DNA of 64,000 nucleotides from the IMG/VR virus record IMGVR_UViG_3300044618_001634, positions 299-64,298 of that record, one strand, 5' to 3'. The stretch comes from a virus (Duplodnaviria; Caudoviricetes). This document shows, piece by piece, positions 1 to 9,266 of the stretch. The translations under genes were made by a program, and so were the position numbers. Within the stretch, counting starts at the first letter, position 1. Every line of letters starts with the position of its first letter. The notes under the pieces were generated by a model, which saw nothing but the letters and a program-made list of their open reading frames with translations, was not told where the DNA came from and did not search any database.

Positions 1-1368
1 GGTACTTGTTACGTCCCAGATTTGTACGTGGTCTTTGTCTTCGGCCTTTCGTATGCCTCGTCCAATTGATTGGATAACCCTAACAAATGATTTGCCAGGC
101 TCCACAAGCACAAGATTAAAAATACGGGGAATGTTAATGCCCACAGCGGCAACACCGTAAGTAGCAACAATAATTTTCCCAGTGGCTTCAGCAACTTCAT
201 CATATTCATCCTGTCTCGCTTTTGCTTTAGTTGCACCCGACACCATGACTGCATTATCGCCCAAGCGTTCAATAATACCTTGTCCTGCGGCAATGCGGTC
301 AACTAATACAAGTGTATTACCAGTAACATTGACTTGCTTGATCAAGTTAGCAATGGTGTCTAGCCTGTTGGGTTCTTCTAGCAAGAACTTTAACTCACTT
401 TGATAGTTGCTAAACTCTGCGTGATCAACCAACTGCACAATGTTCACATGGCACTGAGCCAATACGCCTTGATTTTGTAATTCGTTAGCCGATAACTTGC
501 TGATCACTGGACCAAGGCTGCATTTAAGAGCTTGAAATTCAAATGGTTCTTTGGGCACTGTACCAGTAAGTCCCCAACGCAACGGAATACGACTCATCAC
601 TCCTGTCAGCAGAGTCTTTAGTGCATCAGCCTTGGCCATGTGTACTTCGTCAACAATGACGCAAACTACATCTTCTAAAAACTCTCCAATGGTGCAATCA
701 CCTACACCTGCTTTTGTGTTCTTTAATAGGACATTTAAACTCTGCCAGGTACAGATGGTATGTGTGCGACCCCATTCCTTGCGATCACCAAAGTATACAC
801 CCACGTCCTGTTGCATGTTGACATAGTCTTTTTCTGTTTGGGTCACTAGGCTTTTGTTGGGAACAATTACAATGGTACGACCATACGGTGCCACAGCATT
901 CGACAGTGCGGCTGTGATCACTGTCTTACCGGCGCCTGTGGCAATTTCTTGTATGCATTGTGGATTGGTTAAAAAGTTATTGATAATTTCAACTTGATAG
1001 TCGCGCAACTTCATGGGTTCGCCTTCTTGTGGATGACCCTTGCCCCAATTGATGTTGCTAAATGTATCTTCGTCCACGGAAATGAAATCAAAGTTGACAC
1101 TATAGTCTCGTTGATCATTTAACTCAATGTCATAGTTAAACTTTTCCAAGATAGGAATAATGTCTGGTAACAAATTCACATAAGTGCTACCACCTAGTTG
1201 AAAGTAACTTATCTTGCCGTCCCAACGTCCGAGTCTGACCGCGGGCAAATATCGAGCACCTGGAACATCATATTTAAAAGCATTAACCAAAGCTCGACGA
1301 GCGTCAAGTTCCAAGCCTTCAATTTTGATGTTTACTTCGTCTCGGATTGTAATTGTAGCTGTTCGCAT
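1..1368 (-). CDS. uvsW: UvsW-like SF2 DNA helicase (3' end runs off the window)
   Basis: Missing from the ORF track. Manual translation from ATG 1368 gives MRTATITIRDEVNIK...RLGRWDGKI...LRDYQ...IATGAGKT (Walker A)...VIVDEVH...GLTGT...QSIGRGIR, open to position 1. Confidence 0.9.
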   Translation of the reverse strand, partial: MRTATITIRDEVNIKIEGLELDARRALVNAFKYDVPGARYLPAVRLGRWDGKISYFQLGGSTYVNLLPDIIPILEKFNYDIELNDQRDYSVNFDFISVDEDTFSNINWGKGHPQEGEPMKLRDYQVEIINNFLTNPQCIQEIATGAGKTVITAALSNAVAPYGRTIVIVPNKSLVTQTEKDYVNMQQDVGVYFGDRKEWGRTHTICTWQSLNVLLKNTKAGVGDCTIGEFLEDVVCVIVDEVHMAKADALKTLLTGVMSRIPLRWGLTGTVPKEPFEFQALKCSLGPVISKLSANELQNQGVLAQCHVNIVQLVDHAEFSNYQSELKFLLEEPNRLDTIANLIKQVNVTGNTLVLVDRIAAGQGIIERLGDNAVMVSGATKAKARQDEYDEVAEATGKIIVATYGVAAVGINIPRIFNLVLVEPGKSFVRVIQSIGRGIRKAEDKDHVQIWDVTST

Positions 1369-1374
1369 ATGATT

Positions 1375-1404
1375 ATTGTAACATACTTAGTTGACAAAAG
1401 TCAA
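1375..1404 (-). promoter_or_regulatory. sigma70-like promoter for uvsW
   Basis: TTGACT-N18-TACAAT with an extended TGn -10, ending 6 nt before the ATG. Confidence 0.55.
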
Positions 1405-1434
1405 AAAAACAGGTATCTTTTTAAGGATACCTGT
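1403..1434 (-). terminator. Intrinsic terminator downstream of the AAA ATPase gene
   Basis: 9-bp stem ACAGGTATC/GATACCTGT followed by a T-run on the minus strand. Confidence 0.65.
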
Positions 1435-1494
1435 CGAAATGGGTAGTTTGTACTACCCAGGAGCTACCATATACTTAACCGTTTTCAAATCCCC

Positions 1495-2520
1495 TTAGGA
1501 ATTTTTCATACAAGTTGTAGCCGCTAATGCTCTCCAATTTGTATCTGACACACGGGTTAAGTCTGCAATCTTAAGAGCCATACGCAAGCTCATTTCACGT
1601 AGTCGAGTTTGATTCTGTTCCATGAACTCGATCACCATGTCACCTTGTTCTTGTGTAAAGTCGTAGTCTGCAAACAGTTCGCCCTTACGGTAAATCTGCT
1701 TGATACGCAAGAAACGATCGCGCATGGTATTGAGTGTAAGATCCAAAAAGTGACAGCGTGACTGAAGTGCTTCTAAGTGATCTTGCAACTTCTTAGATTT
1801 AAGGTTGCTGAACTGTAGGTTTGTGATAAAGATACAGGCACCCTTAAAGTCAAACATGTCTGGAACGCCTTCACGACGCAACATAGCACTATCACTATTC
1901 CAGTAGATTCTACGTTTCTTACCAGAGTCCAGCGCCGCTTTCAAAATGTTCAAGCTCAGGTCGTCTTGGAATACTGAGTCACAGTCGTCAAACACCAAAA
2001 CGTTGTTCCGGTCAGAATGTTTGTATAGAGTGCAATACAGGCCAATCGGAGTCATGGCACCCTTGATCACTTCATACTTGACACGACGACCTGACAACTG
2101 GTCAAACAAGCCACTATGCTCCAATTGCTTTTCTACACCGTATGACTTGCCAACTCCGGGAGGGCCAACTACAATCATTGCACGGACATCGCCGGCAATT
2201 GTAGCCTTTGTCATTTGATCCAAAATGTCAAAGCGTTCGCCAATACGGGTCATCACTTCTTCATCTGTCTCCAATGGTGCTTTAGCAACTGGAGCAACGA
2301 ATTCACCCAATGGAACTGATTCGCTGGTAAACTCTAAATCTTCAATCGTGTTTACATTGATACGAACTACTTCGGGCAAGTCTGGGCCAAAATAGCCATC
2401 TGCATTCACAGTCACATAGCCTCCTTTGGCTCCTGTTTGGTAACCTTTAACCAAATTAAAGATCATGTTGTTTACGGGTTGATTACGGTATGTTCCGTTT
2501 ATAATTTTTACTGTGCTCAA
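1495..2520 (-). CDS. P-loop AAA-type ATPase, conserved phage protein
   Basis: GPPGVGKS Walker A, VLVFDDCD Walker B, FITN sensor, ALQSR Arg finger; TTG start with a GGAG RBS. Confidence 0.8.
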   Translation of the reverse strand: MSTVKIINGTYRNQPVNNMIFNLVKGYQTGAKGGYVTVNADGYFGPDLPEVVRINVNTIEDLEFTSESVPLGEFVAPVAKAPLETDEEVMTRIGERFDILDQMTKATIAGDVRAMIVVGPPGVGKSYGVEKQLEHSGLFDQLSGRRVKYEVIKGAMTPIGLYCTLYKHSDRNNVLVFDDCDSVFQDDLSLNILKAALDSGKKRRIYWNSDSAMLRREGVPDMFDFKGACIFITNLQFSNLKSKKLQDHLEALQSRCHFLDLTLNTMRDRFLRIKQIYRKGELFADYDFTQEQGDMVIEFMEQNQTRLREMSLRMALKIADLTRVSDTNWRALAATTCMKNS

Positions 2521-2552
2521 GGTTAGCTCCTTAATTTATTGTTGATAATACT

Positions 2553-2581
2553 ATTATAAATGAATTGAATTATTTGGTCAA
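2553..2581 (-). promoter_or_regulatory. sigma70-like early promoter
   Basis: TTGACC-N17-TATAAT. Confidence 0.75.
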
Positions 2582-2586
2582 CCGGC

Positions 2587-2712
2587 TTATTTACGGTAAA
2601 TGCTTTCGGCCATTTCGGCACCTTTGTAGTAGCCCCGGGCACGGCCTAAACAGTAGCCTATGAATGCGCCGTATGCTAATGCTATTAAAATTAACATTGT
2701 ATTTGATTCCAT
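2587..2712 (-). CDS. Small membrane protein, 41 aa
   Basis: Below the ORF-track cutoff. MESNTMLILIALAYGAFIGYCLGRARGYYKGAEMAESIYRK, with an AAGGAG RBS and its own promoter. Confidence 0.7.
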   Translation of the reverse strand: MESNTMLILIALAYGAFIGYCLGRARGYYKGAEMAESIYRK

Positions 2713-2742
2713 TTAAAACTCCTTATTTGTTATTATACTACT

Positions 2743-2771
2743 ATTATAGCAAAAAGGTAATTACCGGTCAA
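2743..2771 (-). promoter_or_regulatory. sigma70-like early promoter
   Basis: TTGACC-N17-TATAAT. Confidence 0.75.
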
Positions 2772-2775
2772 CCAT

Positions 2776-2799
2776 AAAAAACCCTTGTAAAAACAAGGG
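2776..2799 (-). terminator. Intrinsic terminator
   Basis: CCCTTGT/ACAAGGG stem plus T6 on the minus strand, just after the 215-aa gene. Confidence 0.6.
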
Positions 2800-2826
2800 C
2801 TTTAAGTGGGTTAGTAAGTACTAACT

Positions 2827-3474
2827 TTATTCTTGTCCTGTTACAATATCAATATTGCATGCAAGTACACTGGATTGATTCACAGTCCAACCCCAATCGC
2901 CAGTTTTTCCATCTGGACGTGGGACTGGAACCACTTGTGGCTCACCATCAATGGTAACATTAGAACGGCAATCGCCGTCGCTGAAACCGGTAGTGAATAT
3001 ACTAGGACCATTTTTAATGTACGGCAATACACCGTGACTTTGAAGCACGTCTTTAACAATGGCATAGTCAGACGCAGGGTTACTAATAAAAGCAATTTCG
3101 TCTGCGCTGAACGGAGGATTAGCCAACGGTTCGACTATGGTCAATTGTGTTTCAGCTGGGGTTGTTGGATCAATCAATTGCGCATATTGCTCGGATGTAA
3201 ACACAGGATTTGGACTCATTGTGTAGTTTGATTCCACTGCAACAAAAAATCCTGTACCAGAATTTACGGTGATTTCCATTGGAACACTGCCTTGAAAATC
3301 CACCGGAACTTCTCCGCCCTGAAATAAGAATGTGTTATCGCTAAGACTAACAGTGTTGCTATTTACAGTTGGAATGTCTCCAGAAAAGATAGTAGTACCT
3401 GCAAAAGTTGCGGTAATGTTTACTGGTGTTAGTCCGTACCCGCTGCCATAAAATTTAAAAGTTCTGTTAGCCAT
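2827..3474 (-). CDS. Hypothetical protein, probably virion structural
   Basis: 215 aa, beta-rich; upstream ATAAATA (3496-3502) and an AGGAG RBS. Confidence 0.6.
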   Translation of the reverse strand: MANRTFKFYGSGYGLTPVNITATFAGTTIFSGDIPTVNSNTVSLSDNTFLFQGGEVPVDFQGSVPMEITVNSGTGFFVAVESNYTMSPNPVFTSEQYAQLIDPTTPAETQLTIVEPLANPPFSADEIAFISNPASDYAIVKDVLQSHGVLPYIKNGPSIFTTGFSDGDCRSNVTIDGEPQVVPVPRPDGKTGDWGWTVNQSSVLACNIDIVTGQE

Positions 3475-3501
3475 GTGTTAAAATCTCCTGTTTTGTATTT
3501 A

Positions 3502-4251
3502 TCATTGCCAATGCTGGGCTATCACTGGGTCTTGCACATCGCCCGGTTTGGGCTTGCCGTGAAACACTAATACACTGGTTTTTTCTGGTATTACCGTGCC
3601 AGTATTTGGTGTTAGAAATATTCTTTTCTTAAAATCCCAGCCGCCGTCCTTGCATTCCCAACGCCAACTTTTAATACAGTCATGATCAAAGAATCTGCGA
3701 TCAGTGGGACTAATTGCTTGTGTAATATAATCCTGATCGCCATAATATCTTCTGAAAACTTGCTCTAGATTTTCTCGTTTAAAACTGTCATAAACATTCT
3801 GAAACTTTTGGGTGTGGAACCACATCACACTGCTGTTGATAACGTGCTGTGTAGGGCGCCATAGATATTTGAAGTCTCGTAAACACCAGAAGTTGTCCAA
3901 GGGCAAGTTCCAAATCCAATCAATATTTCTGGCAATAACCACATCCAAATCAAAATACAACAATGGACCATTGTGGTGTGCAGTGTCAAACAATTGCAGT
4001 TTGTACCACCAACTACGGCGTGGCCCGGATACTCCCCAATCATATAGTTCGTGTTTGATCATATGATCCGGTACCGGCCTGCTGGCTTCGGTATAAACAT
4101 GTAAGCGTATCCCTGGCGTAATATGTCTTTGTAACATATTGTATAGCCGCTCAACATAGTCCCAAGAGTAACCATCGCCGTGAATAACACACGCACAATC
4201 AATGGGACCAGTGAGTTGATTTAGAGAGCTGGTGATAATCTTGTTAGCCAT
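3502..4251 (-). CDS. GT-A glycosyltransferase (GT8-like)
   Basis: YFDLDVVI (DxD), NSSVM, GDQDYI and VFHGKPKP motifs. Confidence 0.75.
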   Translation of the reverse strand: MANKIITSSLNQLTGPIDCACVIHGDGYSWDYVERLYNMLQRHITPGIRLHVYTEASRPVPDHMIKHELYDWGVSGPRRSWWYKLQLFDTAHHNGPLLYFDLDVVIARNIDWIWNLPLDNFWCLRDFKYLWRPTQHVINSSVMWFHTQKFQNVYDSFKRENLEQVFRRYYGDQDYITQAISPTDRRFFDHDCIKSWRWECKDGGWDFKKRIFLTPNTGTVIPEKTSVLVFHGKPKPGDVQDPVIAQHWQ

Positions 4252-5066
4252 AGGCCTTTTCTAATTTCTTCTATAGTGTATTCGGTGTGACATATTTCGA
4301 CCAGCCATTGATCCCTGTCAACGGTGTATGGTCGATCAAGTGCATCAAGTCCAATACTAACAGGATGAGCCAAACTACTAGTGCTTACAATGGGACGGGT
4401 TCCAGCCAAAGCAGCTTGTATGCCAGGACCAGAATTGTAGTTTACCAGAGCGTGACAATCAAAGGTTAAATTATAACTGTCATAGGTATTAGGAATTTGT
4501 TTTGGTATTTCTAATTCTACCCCCTTTGATAAATTTTGAATTTGTAATGGTGATCTTGGATGCGTCCTGACTGTAATAGGGCGGTCGGTTACTTGACGTA
4601 GTTGCTCGATTTGTTCGGCGACCCACGACTCCATGTTTGGCAATGCCGATACCTGTAGACTTTTTTTATGTTGGATTGCAATAATTATTCGAGGGTTTTT
4701 TGAAACATTAAGCGCCAGACTTATAAGCAACTTTCTTGGGCGATCTAGATCTAAATTTTCTTTGTGTCCATAATAGCCGTCGGCTGTGATATTGTTTATT
4801 GCAATTTTCCATGTTTCGCCGCGGTACAATGCACCAATGTCAACTACAATAACTGGTTTACCTTGTGAGCGATAATGTTTATAGACTGCTTGATTTTTAC
4901 TCATACGTCCGTGCCACAGTACCGACCATATGATCACGGCGTCACAATCAAGACTGTTCTCTATAGTTTTGACCCCAGCAAACTTTAATGATTCAAGCAT
5001 GGCCGTCAGCACCGGGCCGCTGTTTTGAGCACACTGAAAAGGAAAGTAGGCAACTGTTTTGATCAC
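4221..5066 (-). CDS. KpsS/capsule-biosynthesis-like GT-B glycosyltransferase, paralog 1
   Basis: Probable GTG start at 5066; the ORF-track extension overlaps the divergent gene. VRTHP and NSGPGIQAALAG motifs. Confidence 0.6.
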   Translation of the reverse strand: MIKTVAYFPFQCAQNSGPVLTAMLESLKFAGVKTIENSLDCDAVIIWSVLWHGRMSKNQAVYKHYRSQGKPVIVVDIGALYRGETWKIAINNITADGYYGHKENLDLDRPRKLLISLALNVSKNPRIIIAIQHKKSLQVSALPNMESWVAEQIEQLRQVTDRPITVRTHPRSPLQIQNLSKGVELEIPKQIPNTYDSYNLTFDCHALVNYNSGPGIQAALAGTRPIVSTSSLAHPVSIGLDALDRPYTVDRDQWLVEICHTEYTIEEIRKGLWLTRLSPAL

Positions 5067-5078
5067 TAAATATCCGTA

Positions 5079-5882
5079 ATGAAATATACTGTAGTTACCA
5101 CTTTTAATGCCAAGGGTTACGAAACATACGGGCGCCGAATGATCAATACGTTTTTGTCCAATTGGCCCACCAATGTTACCCTTATTGTTTACGCAGAAGG
5201 ATGTGCTGTTACTGAATCTGCCGCTAATCTCATTGTGCGTGATCTTGAACAGGTCACAGAAATGGTTGAATTTAAAAATCGCTGGCGGAATGTACCCAAA
5301 GCCAACGGAGATGTTAGTCACGATCCTGTACGCAGTCGTCGCAAGGATGCTGGCAAAGGGTTTAAGTGGGACGCTGTGCGTTTTGCCCATAAAGTTTATA
5401 GTATATTTGATTGTGCAAAAAAATCCAATAGTGATTGGTTATTATGGATGGATGCTGACATGGTGTGCCATAGTCCTATCACGGTTGAAAAGTTAGATGA
5501 ACTATGTCGAGAAGATTTATGCTTCTTGGGTAGAGAGGGCAAGTACAGCGAATGCGGACTATATGCTATGAATTTACGTAGTGAGCGTGTAAAAGAGTTC
5601 TTGAAAAAATTTCAAACATACTACGATTATGCCGAAGAAGGTATTTTTACACTAGATGAATGGCATGATAGTTATGTGTTTGATGCTGTTCGTAAACAAG
5701 TTGGTATGAATATTGTAAACTGGAGTGCTGGGTTAATTAGAGGCGAAGGACATCCACTAATCAACTGTGAGTGGGGGAATTATCTAGACCATCTAAAAGG
5801 TGATCGGAAAGCCATTGGACGTAGTAAGTTGAAAGATTTACTGGCACATCCTAAAGAAGGATACTGGTCGGCTAGTAATTAA
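5079..5882 (+). CDS. GT-A nucleotide-diphospho-sugar transferase-like, paralog A
   Basis: VVTTF, FAHKVY, WMDAD, SECG, WHDS, HLKG; CTAAATA 6 nt upstream. Confidence 0.65.
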   Translation: MKYTVVTTFNAKGYETYGRRMINTFLSNWPTNVTLIVYAEGCAVTESAANLIVRDLEQVTEMVEFKNRWRNVPKANGDVSHDPVRSRRKDAGKGFKWDAVRFAHKVYSIFDCAKKSNSDWLLWMDADMVCHSPITVEKLDELCREDLCFLGREGKYSECGLYAMNLRSERVKEFLKKFQTYYDYAEEGIFTLDEWHDSYVFDAVRKQVGMNIVNWSAGLIRGEGHPLINCEWGNYLDHLKGDRKAIGRSKLKDLLAHPKEGYWSASN

Positions 5883-6570
5883 AATTATCTTTATTGCCTT
5901 TACTTTTATAATGATTTAAGTAAGGACCTAAGATAGTATGTCGTAACGGTGTCTTGTATTTTTTCTTAAAATCAGCACACAAATCTCTCACGTGAGGTTT
6001 GAATTCATTGGCTACGGCGCCAAACACTTCTCCGTCATAAAATCTTCGAAGGTTTTCAGTAATGTGCTCGTCGTAATATTGTCTATATCGTTGTGCAAAT
6101 GCTTTAAATTCTGGGTGGGTACGATTTACAACAAATATACCTGTTTCGGCACTGATCCAGATGCGGTTATCCTTCTCGTGATATACTTCCATGTACGTGG
6201 CAAGAACATTGTCAGGGCATAACAATTCTAACATGCCCATTGAAATATCAGCAGTGGTTAATACATCTGCATCAAGCCAGATAACTCTATCTGCTGTGCT
6301 ATGTTCCATAGCATGTATAACGCTATATGCTTTCTTGGCAAAAGTCTTTACACGATCCTTGACCGGACTTAGTTGGAATTTAAAATAACTATCCCCTAGT
6401 TCTGTAAATTCAATTTGTTTAATTCTTGCTTGCTCCGGTAATCGAAACTCTTCTACATAACAAGTAAAAACAAGTTCAGACGGCCAATGTTTCAACCATG
6501 TTTCAACACATGCATGCCCTATTTTATCATAGTATGCTTGGTCAAAACTTGTAATTACTTCTATATTCAC
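5872..6570 (-). CDS. GT-A transferase-like, paralog B
   Basis: GTG start overlapping the upstream TGA; VITSF, FAKKAY, WLDAD, AETG, FYDG, HYKS. Confidence 0.65.
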   Translation of the reverse strand: MNIEVITSFDQAYYDKIGHACVETWLKHWPSELVFTCYVEEFRLPEQARIKQIEFTELGDSYFKFQLSPVKDRVKTFAKKAYSVIHAMEHSTADRVIWLDADVLTTADISMGMLELLCPDNVLATYMEVYHEKDNRIWISAETGIFVVNRTHPEFKAFAQRYRQYYDEHITENLRRFYDGEVFGAVANEFKPHVRDLCADFKKKYKTPLRHTILGPYLNHYKSKGNKDNFNY

Positions 6571-7184
6571 CGAAGACCTACGCCCATGCGTTCTTTCCAT
6601 TGATCAAATGTTATTTCAGGAAAGTCAATGTCGTTCTTAACAAACCATGTTTCAAATTGATAATCGGGTTGTTTACAATAGACATTACTAACTGCAACTT
6701 TGTACCCTTTGCTAGTCAGGTACTCACGTACAATAGGATCGTGATCGGGTATGTGTTGCATGCCAGGATTACCGTTGTCGTGTTCAAAAGTGATACAATC
6801 AAATTCGATACCTTGTTCTATTACCCGTTGCAACGCTAACAAGGTGTTAGTTGGTGGTTCAATATCGCAACTTAAATAACTAATGTGTTTTGTTAGACCT
6901 TGTTTTTCAAGTTGAGCAACGTAATCAAAGGTAATAGCATTTTCCCAACAAATAGGATTGGTTCTTTCCGGACAGTCTGCCCAGGCCTTTTGCCATTTTT
7001 TGTTTAATTCAAGACTGAATCCCTTCCATCCTTTGTTTACTTCCAGAATGTAGGTATTGTTTTTATGTGCTGGCTTGTAAGCACCAATTTCTATATAGGT
7101 AGCATTATCGCCACCGATACTATATGCAAACCAATCCTGATAGGCTTGTCCACGAGTTTTTACATCTAAAGTTGGGAAGTTCAT
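6567..7184 (-). CDS. FkbM-like (Methyltransf_21) SAM methyltransferase
   Basis: YIEIGA, GWKGFSLE, YLSCDIEP, ITFEHD. Confidence 0.7.
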   Translation of the reverse strand: MNFPTLDVKTRGQAYQDWFAYSIGGDNATYIEIGAYKPAHKNNTYILEVNKGWKGFSLELNKKWQKAWADCPERTNPICWENAITFDYVAQLEKQGLTKHISYLSCDIEPPTNTLLALQRVIEQGIEFDCITFEHDNGNPGMQHIPDHDPIVREYLTSKGYKVAVSNVYCKQPDYQFETWFVKNDIDFPEITFDQWKERMGVGLR

Positions 7185-7840
7185 TGTGGTATTAAATCCT
7201 TTTGACGTTTACCACTATAGTGATAAAAGTAATCTAGTAAATCAGTATCTTCAAATCCTTGAGGTGATTTTTTTACACTCTTACTAAGATTGCGATGTGG
7301 TAGTTCTTTGACCGCATACCACAGGACATCGTTGTCCCATGGCCGATGTAGAGTATCTACTATTCCATTGTACCATGCTTCTTCGTAGACGTTAGTCCAC
7401 GATTCAAACAATGGGTGTTGTGTGTCTATAATAACAAACCCCGACTCGGCTTGTTTTAAGTTTCCACAAATAATTGTGGCTACTTGCCCTTCCTCAGGCA
7501 TGAATCTTGATAGATTGGGTTTACTGTTTACCTTAACATCGCTGTCTAACCAAATTACATAACGTGTTTTTAAATTACGAATTGCCCACAGGAAACATTT
7601 ACCTTTGCGCCAGAACTTACCCTTTTTGCCGCCGCCTATTGAAAAGTGAGGATCATTAGGATCAGGATATGCTGGTGCGGCATCTATTACTTCTACTCCA
7701 GGATAGGTAAATCCTGGCATGTTTTCGGCCATGACAATTTTAGGACCGTCTAGTAATTCCCACCCGGGCAAATTATATTTTGCCACACTGTCAAAATACG
7801 ATTGGCTGAAACTTGTAACCCAAGTTATATCATATGTCAT
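7181..7840 (-). CDS. GT-A transferase-like, paralog C
   Basis: WVTSF, FWRKG, WLDSD, AESGF, WDND, HYSGK. Confidence 0.6.
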   Translation of the reverse strand: MTYDITWVTSFSQSYFDSVAKYNLPGWELLDGPKIVMAENMPGFTYPGVEVIDAAPAYPDPNDPHFSIGGGKKGKFWRKGKCFLWAIRNLKTRYVIWLDSDVKVNSKPNLSRFMPEEGQVATIICGNLKQAESGFVIIDTQHPLFESWTNVYEEAWYNGIVDTLHRPWDNDVLWYAVKELPHRNLSKSVKKSPQGFEDTDLLDYFYHYSGKRQKDLIPQ

Positions 7841-8586
7841 GCAAGCACCTGACTAACATAATCTTTGATAGCAAACTGTTTGTATAACTCCTCAGCTTGA
7901 CGTTTAATTTTACCTTTGAAATGCCCTACGTCATCGTTGACCATGCTACCGCGTATAGGAGTATTACCTTTTTGACGTAGATTCATTTCTGTAAATGTAA
8001 TTCCTAATTTTTCACAATCTTTAACCACATGTCCGTGAACATTACTATCATAGAATCGACCCATGCCTTCCATACGATCGTTATCATAGTAATCTCTATA
8101 GATACGAGCAAAGTCTTTGCGACCAGGATGTTTTAGATCAAATATAAAAAATCCACTTTCGACACAAAACTCTCCGCTGTCGTGTGTTACTCCAAGATGT
8201 GCCGATAAATTGTTGTTTAGTATTTTTCTAAAAAATGCTTCGTCAAGTGGACGTTTAATAAAAGCATCGGCATCTAACCAAAGCATAGTGTCGGCAGTGC
8301 CATGTTCTGTGCCTTCTAAAACTGTATAACCTTTTTTAGCAAAACTAATAACTTTTTGCATGATCTTACCTTGCCATCGGTCTTCAAATTGTTTAAATCC
8401 GTTGTCGAGGCTGTACAGATCGACCAAGTTGATTCGAGGATTCAACTTGGGCCACTTATCATAGTCCTCTGTAGTAACAGTAATTTGTGTATCTGCTGGG
8501 AGAAACTTTAATGCACTAGCCAAGCTGTATTTGCCAATATCATTAAAATAATCAATGCTTTGTGATGTGTAAACGTGAATTGTCAT
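7837..8586 (-). CDS. GT-A transferase-like, paralog D
   Basis: FAKKGY, WLDAD, VESGF, FYDS, HFKGK. Confidence 0.65.
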   Translation of the reverse strand: MTIHVYTSQSIDYFNDIGKYSLASALKFLPADTQITVTTEDYDKWPKLNPRINLVDLYSLDNGFKQFEDRWQGKIMQKVISFAKKGYTVLEGTEHGTADTMLWLDADAFIKRPLDEAFFRKILNNNLSAHLGVTHDSGEFCVESGFFIFDLKHPGRKDFARIYRDYYDNDRMEGMGRFYDSNVHGHVVKDCEKLGITFTEMNLRQKGNTPIRGSMVNDDVGHFKGKIKRQAEELYKQFAIKDYVSQVLA

Positions 8587-8611
8587 TTATAACCTTTTTA
8601 ATTAACTACCC

Positions 8612-8631
8612 ATATTTATAGTTATAAATAT
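8612..8631. promoter_or_regulatory. Back-to-back T4-type late promoters
   Basis: ATATTTATA-GT-TATAAATAT places an exact TATAAATA on each strand between divergent operons. Confidence 0.8.
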
Positions 8632-8645
8632 CTGGCAAGGAAATC

Positions 8646-9266
8646 ATGACATTCTATTTTAACCAACTTAATACTGTGCTATTCAATAAATCTGCCGAAG
8701 CCAAGGTAGACCGTTTTGCTTACGGCTTATCTGGGGCCAATGGTACCTATATTGAAATAGGTGCCAGTAAACCAGTACAACGTAGCAACACCGTAGCATT
8801 AGAGCGTCAAGGATGGAAAGGGTTTGGGATCGAATTTGACCCTCGACTTCAACCACTATGGCCCGACTGTAGAACCAATCATATATATTGGGCTGATGCT
8901 ACTAAATTTGATTACATAGCAGCGGCCAAAGAACAAGGACTGCCTGATCGTATTAACTTTTTGCAAGTGGATATTGAGCCACCAGAAAATACGTTTGCCG
9001 CGCTTAAATTGGCTGTAGAATCAGGATTGACTTTTGATTTTATTGCGTTTGAACATGACGTGTATTGTCAAGATGTAGACTATAATGTAATTGCCACAGA
9101 TTACTTGTTAACTAAAGGTTACAAAGTTGCAGTTTACAATGTTTGCTCACAGCGTAAGCGTAACCCAGGAGTATGGAGCCACATAGAAACGTGGTATGTT
9201 AAAAATGACATACCCTTTGAAACTATGGAATTCTTTGATTGGAAAAAGAAATACAACGTACAATGA
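8646..9266 (+). CDS. FkbM-like SAM methyltransferase (paralog of 6567..7184)
   Basis: YIEIGA, GWKGFGIE, FLQVDIEP, IAFEHD, ETWYVK. Confidence 0.7.
   Translation: MTFYFNQLNTVLFNKSAEAKVDRFAYGLSGANGTYIEIGASKPVQRSNTVALERQGWKGFGIEFDPRLQPLWPDCRTNHIYWADATKFDYIAAAKEQGLPDRINFLQVDIEPPENTFAALKLAVESGLTFDFIAFEHDVYCQDVDYNVIATDYLLTKGYKVAVYNVCSQRKRNPGVWSHIETWYVKNDIPFETMEFFDWKKKYNVQ

Noticed and set aside
9-1446. ORF-track entries 9..302, 182..403, 551..826 and 1198..1446
   Set aside because: They are alternative-frame or antisense shadows of the uvsW frame (1368 to the window edge), which the track missed because it has no stop in the window.
4221-5390. Long bidirectional overlap between the 389-aa minus ORF and the 267-aa plus ORF
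   Set aside because: The N-terminal ~108 aa is the antisense of the plus gene. The paralog-like sequence begins at GTG 5066, leaving a 12-nt gap.
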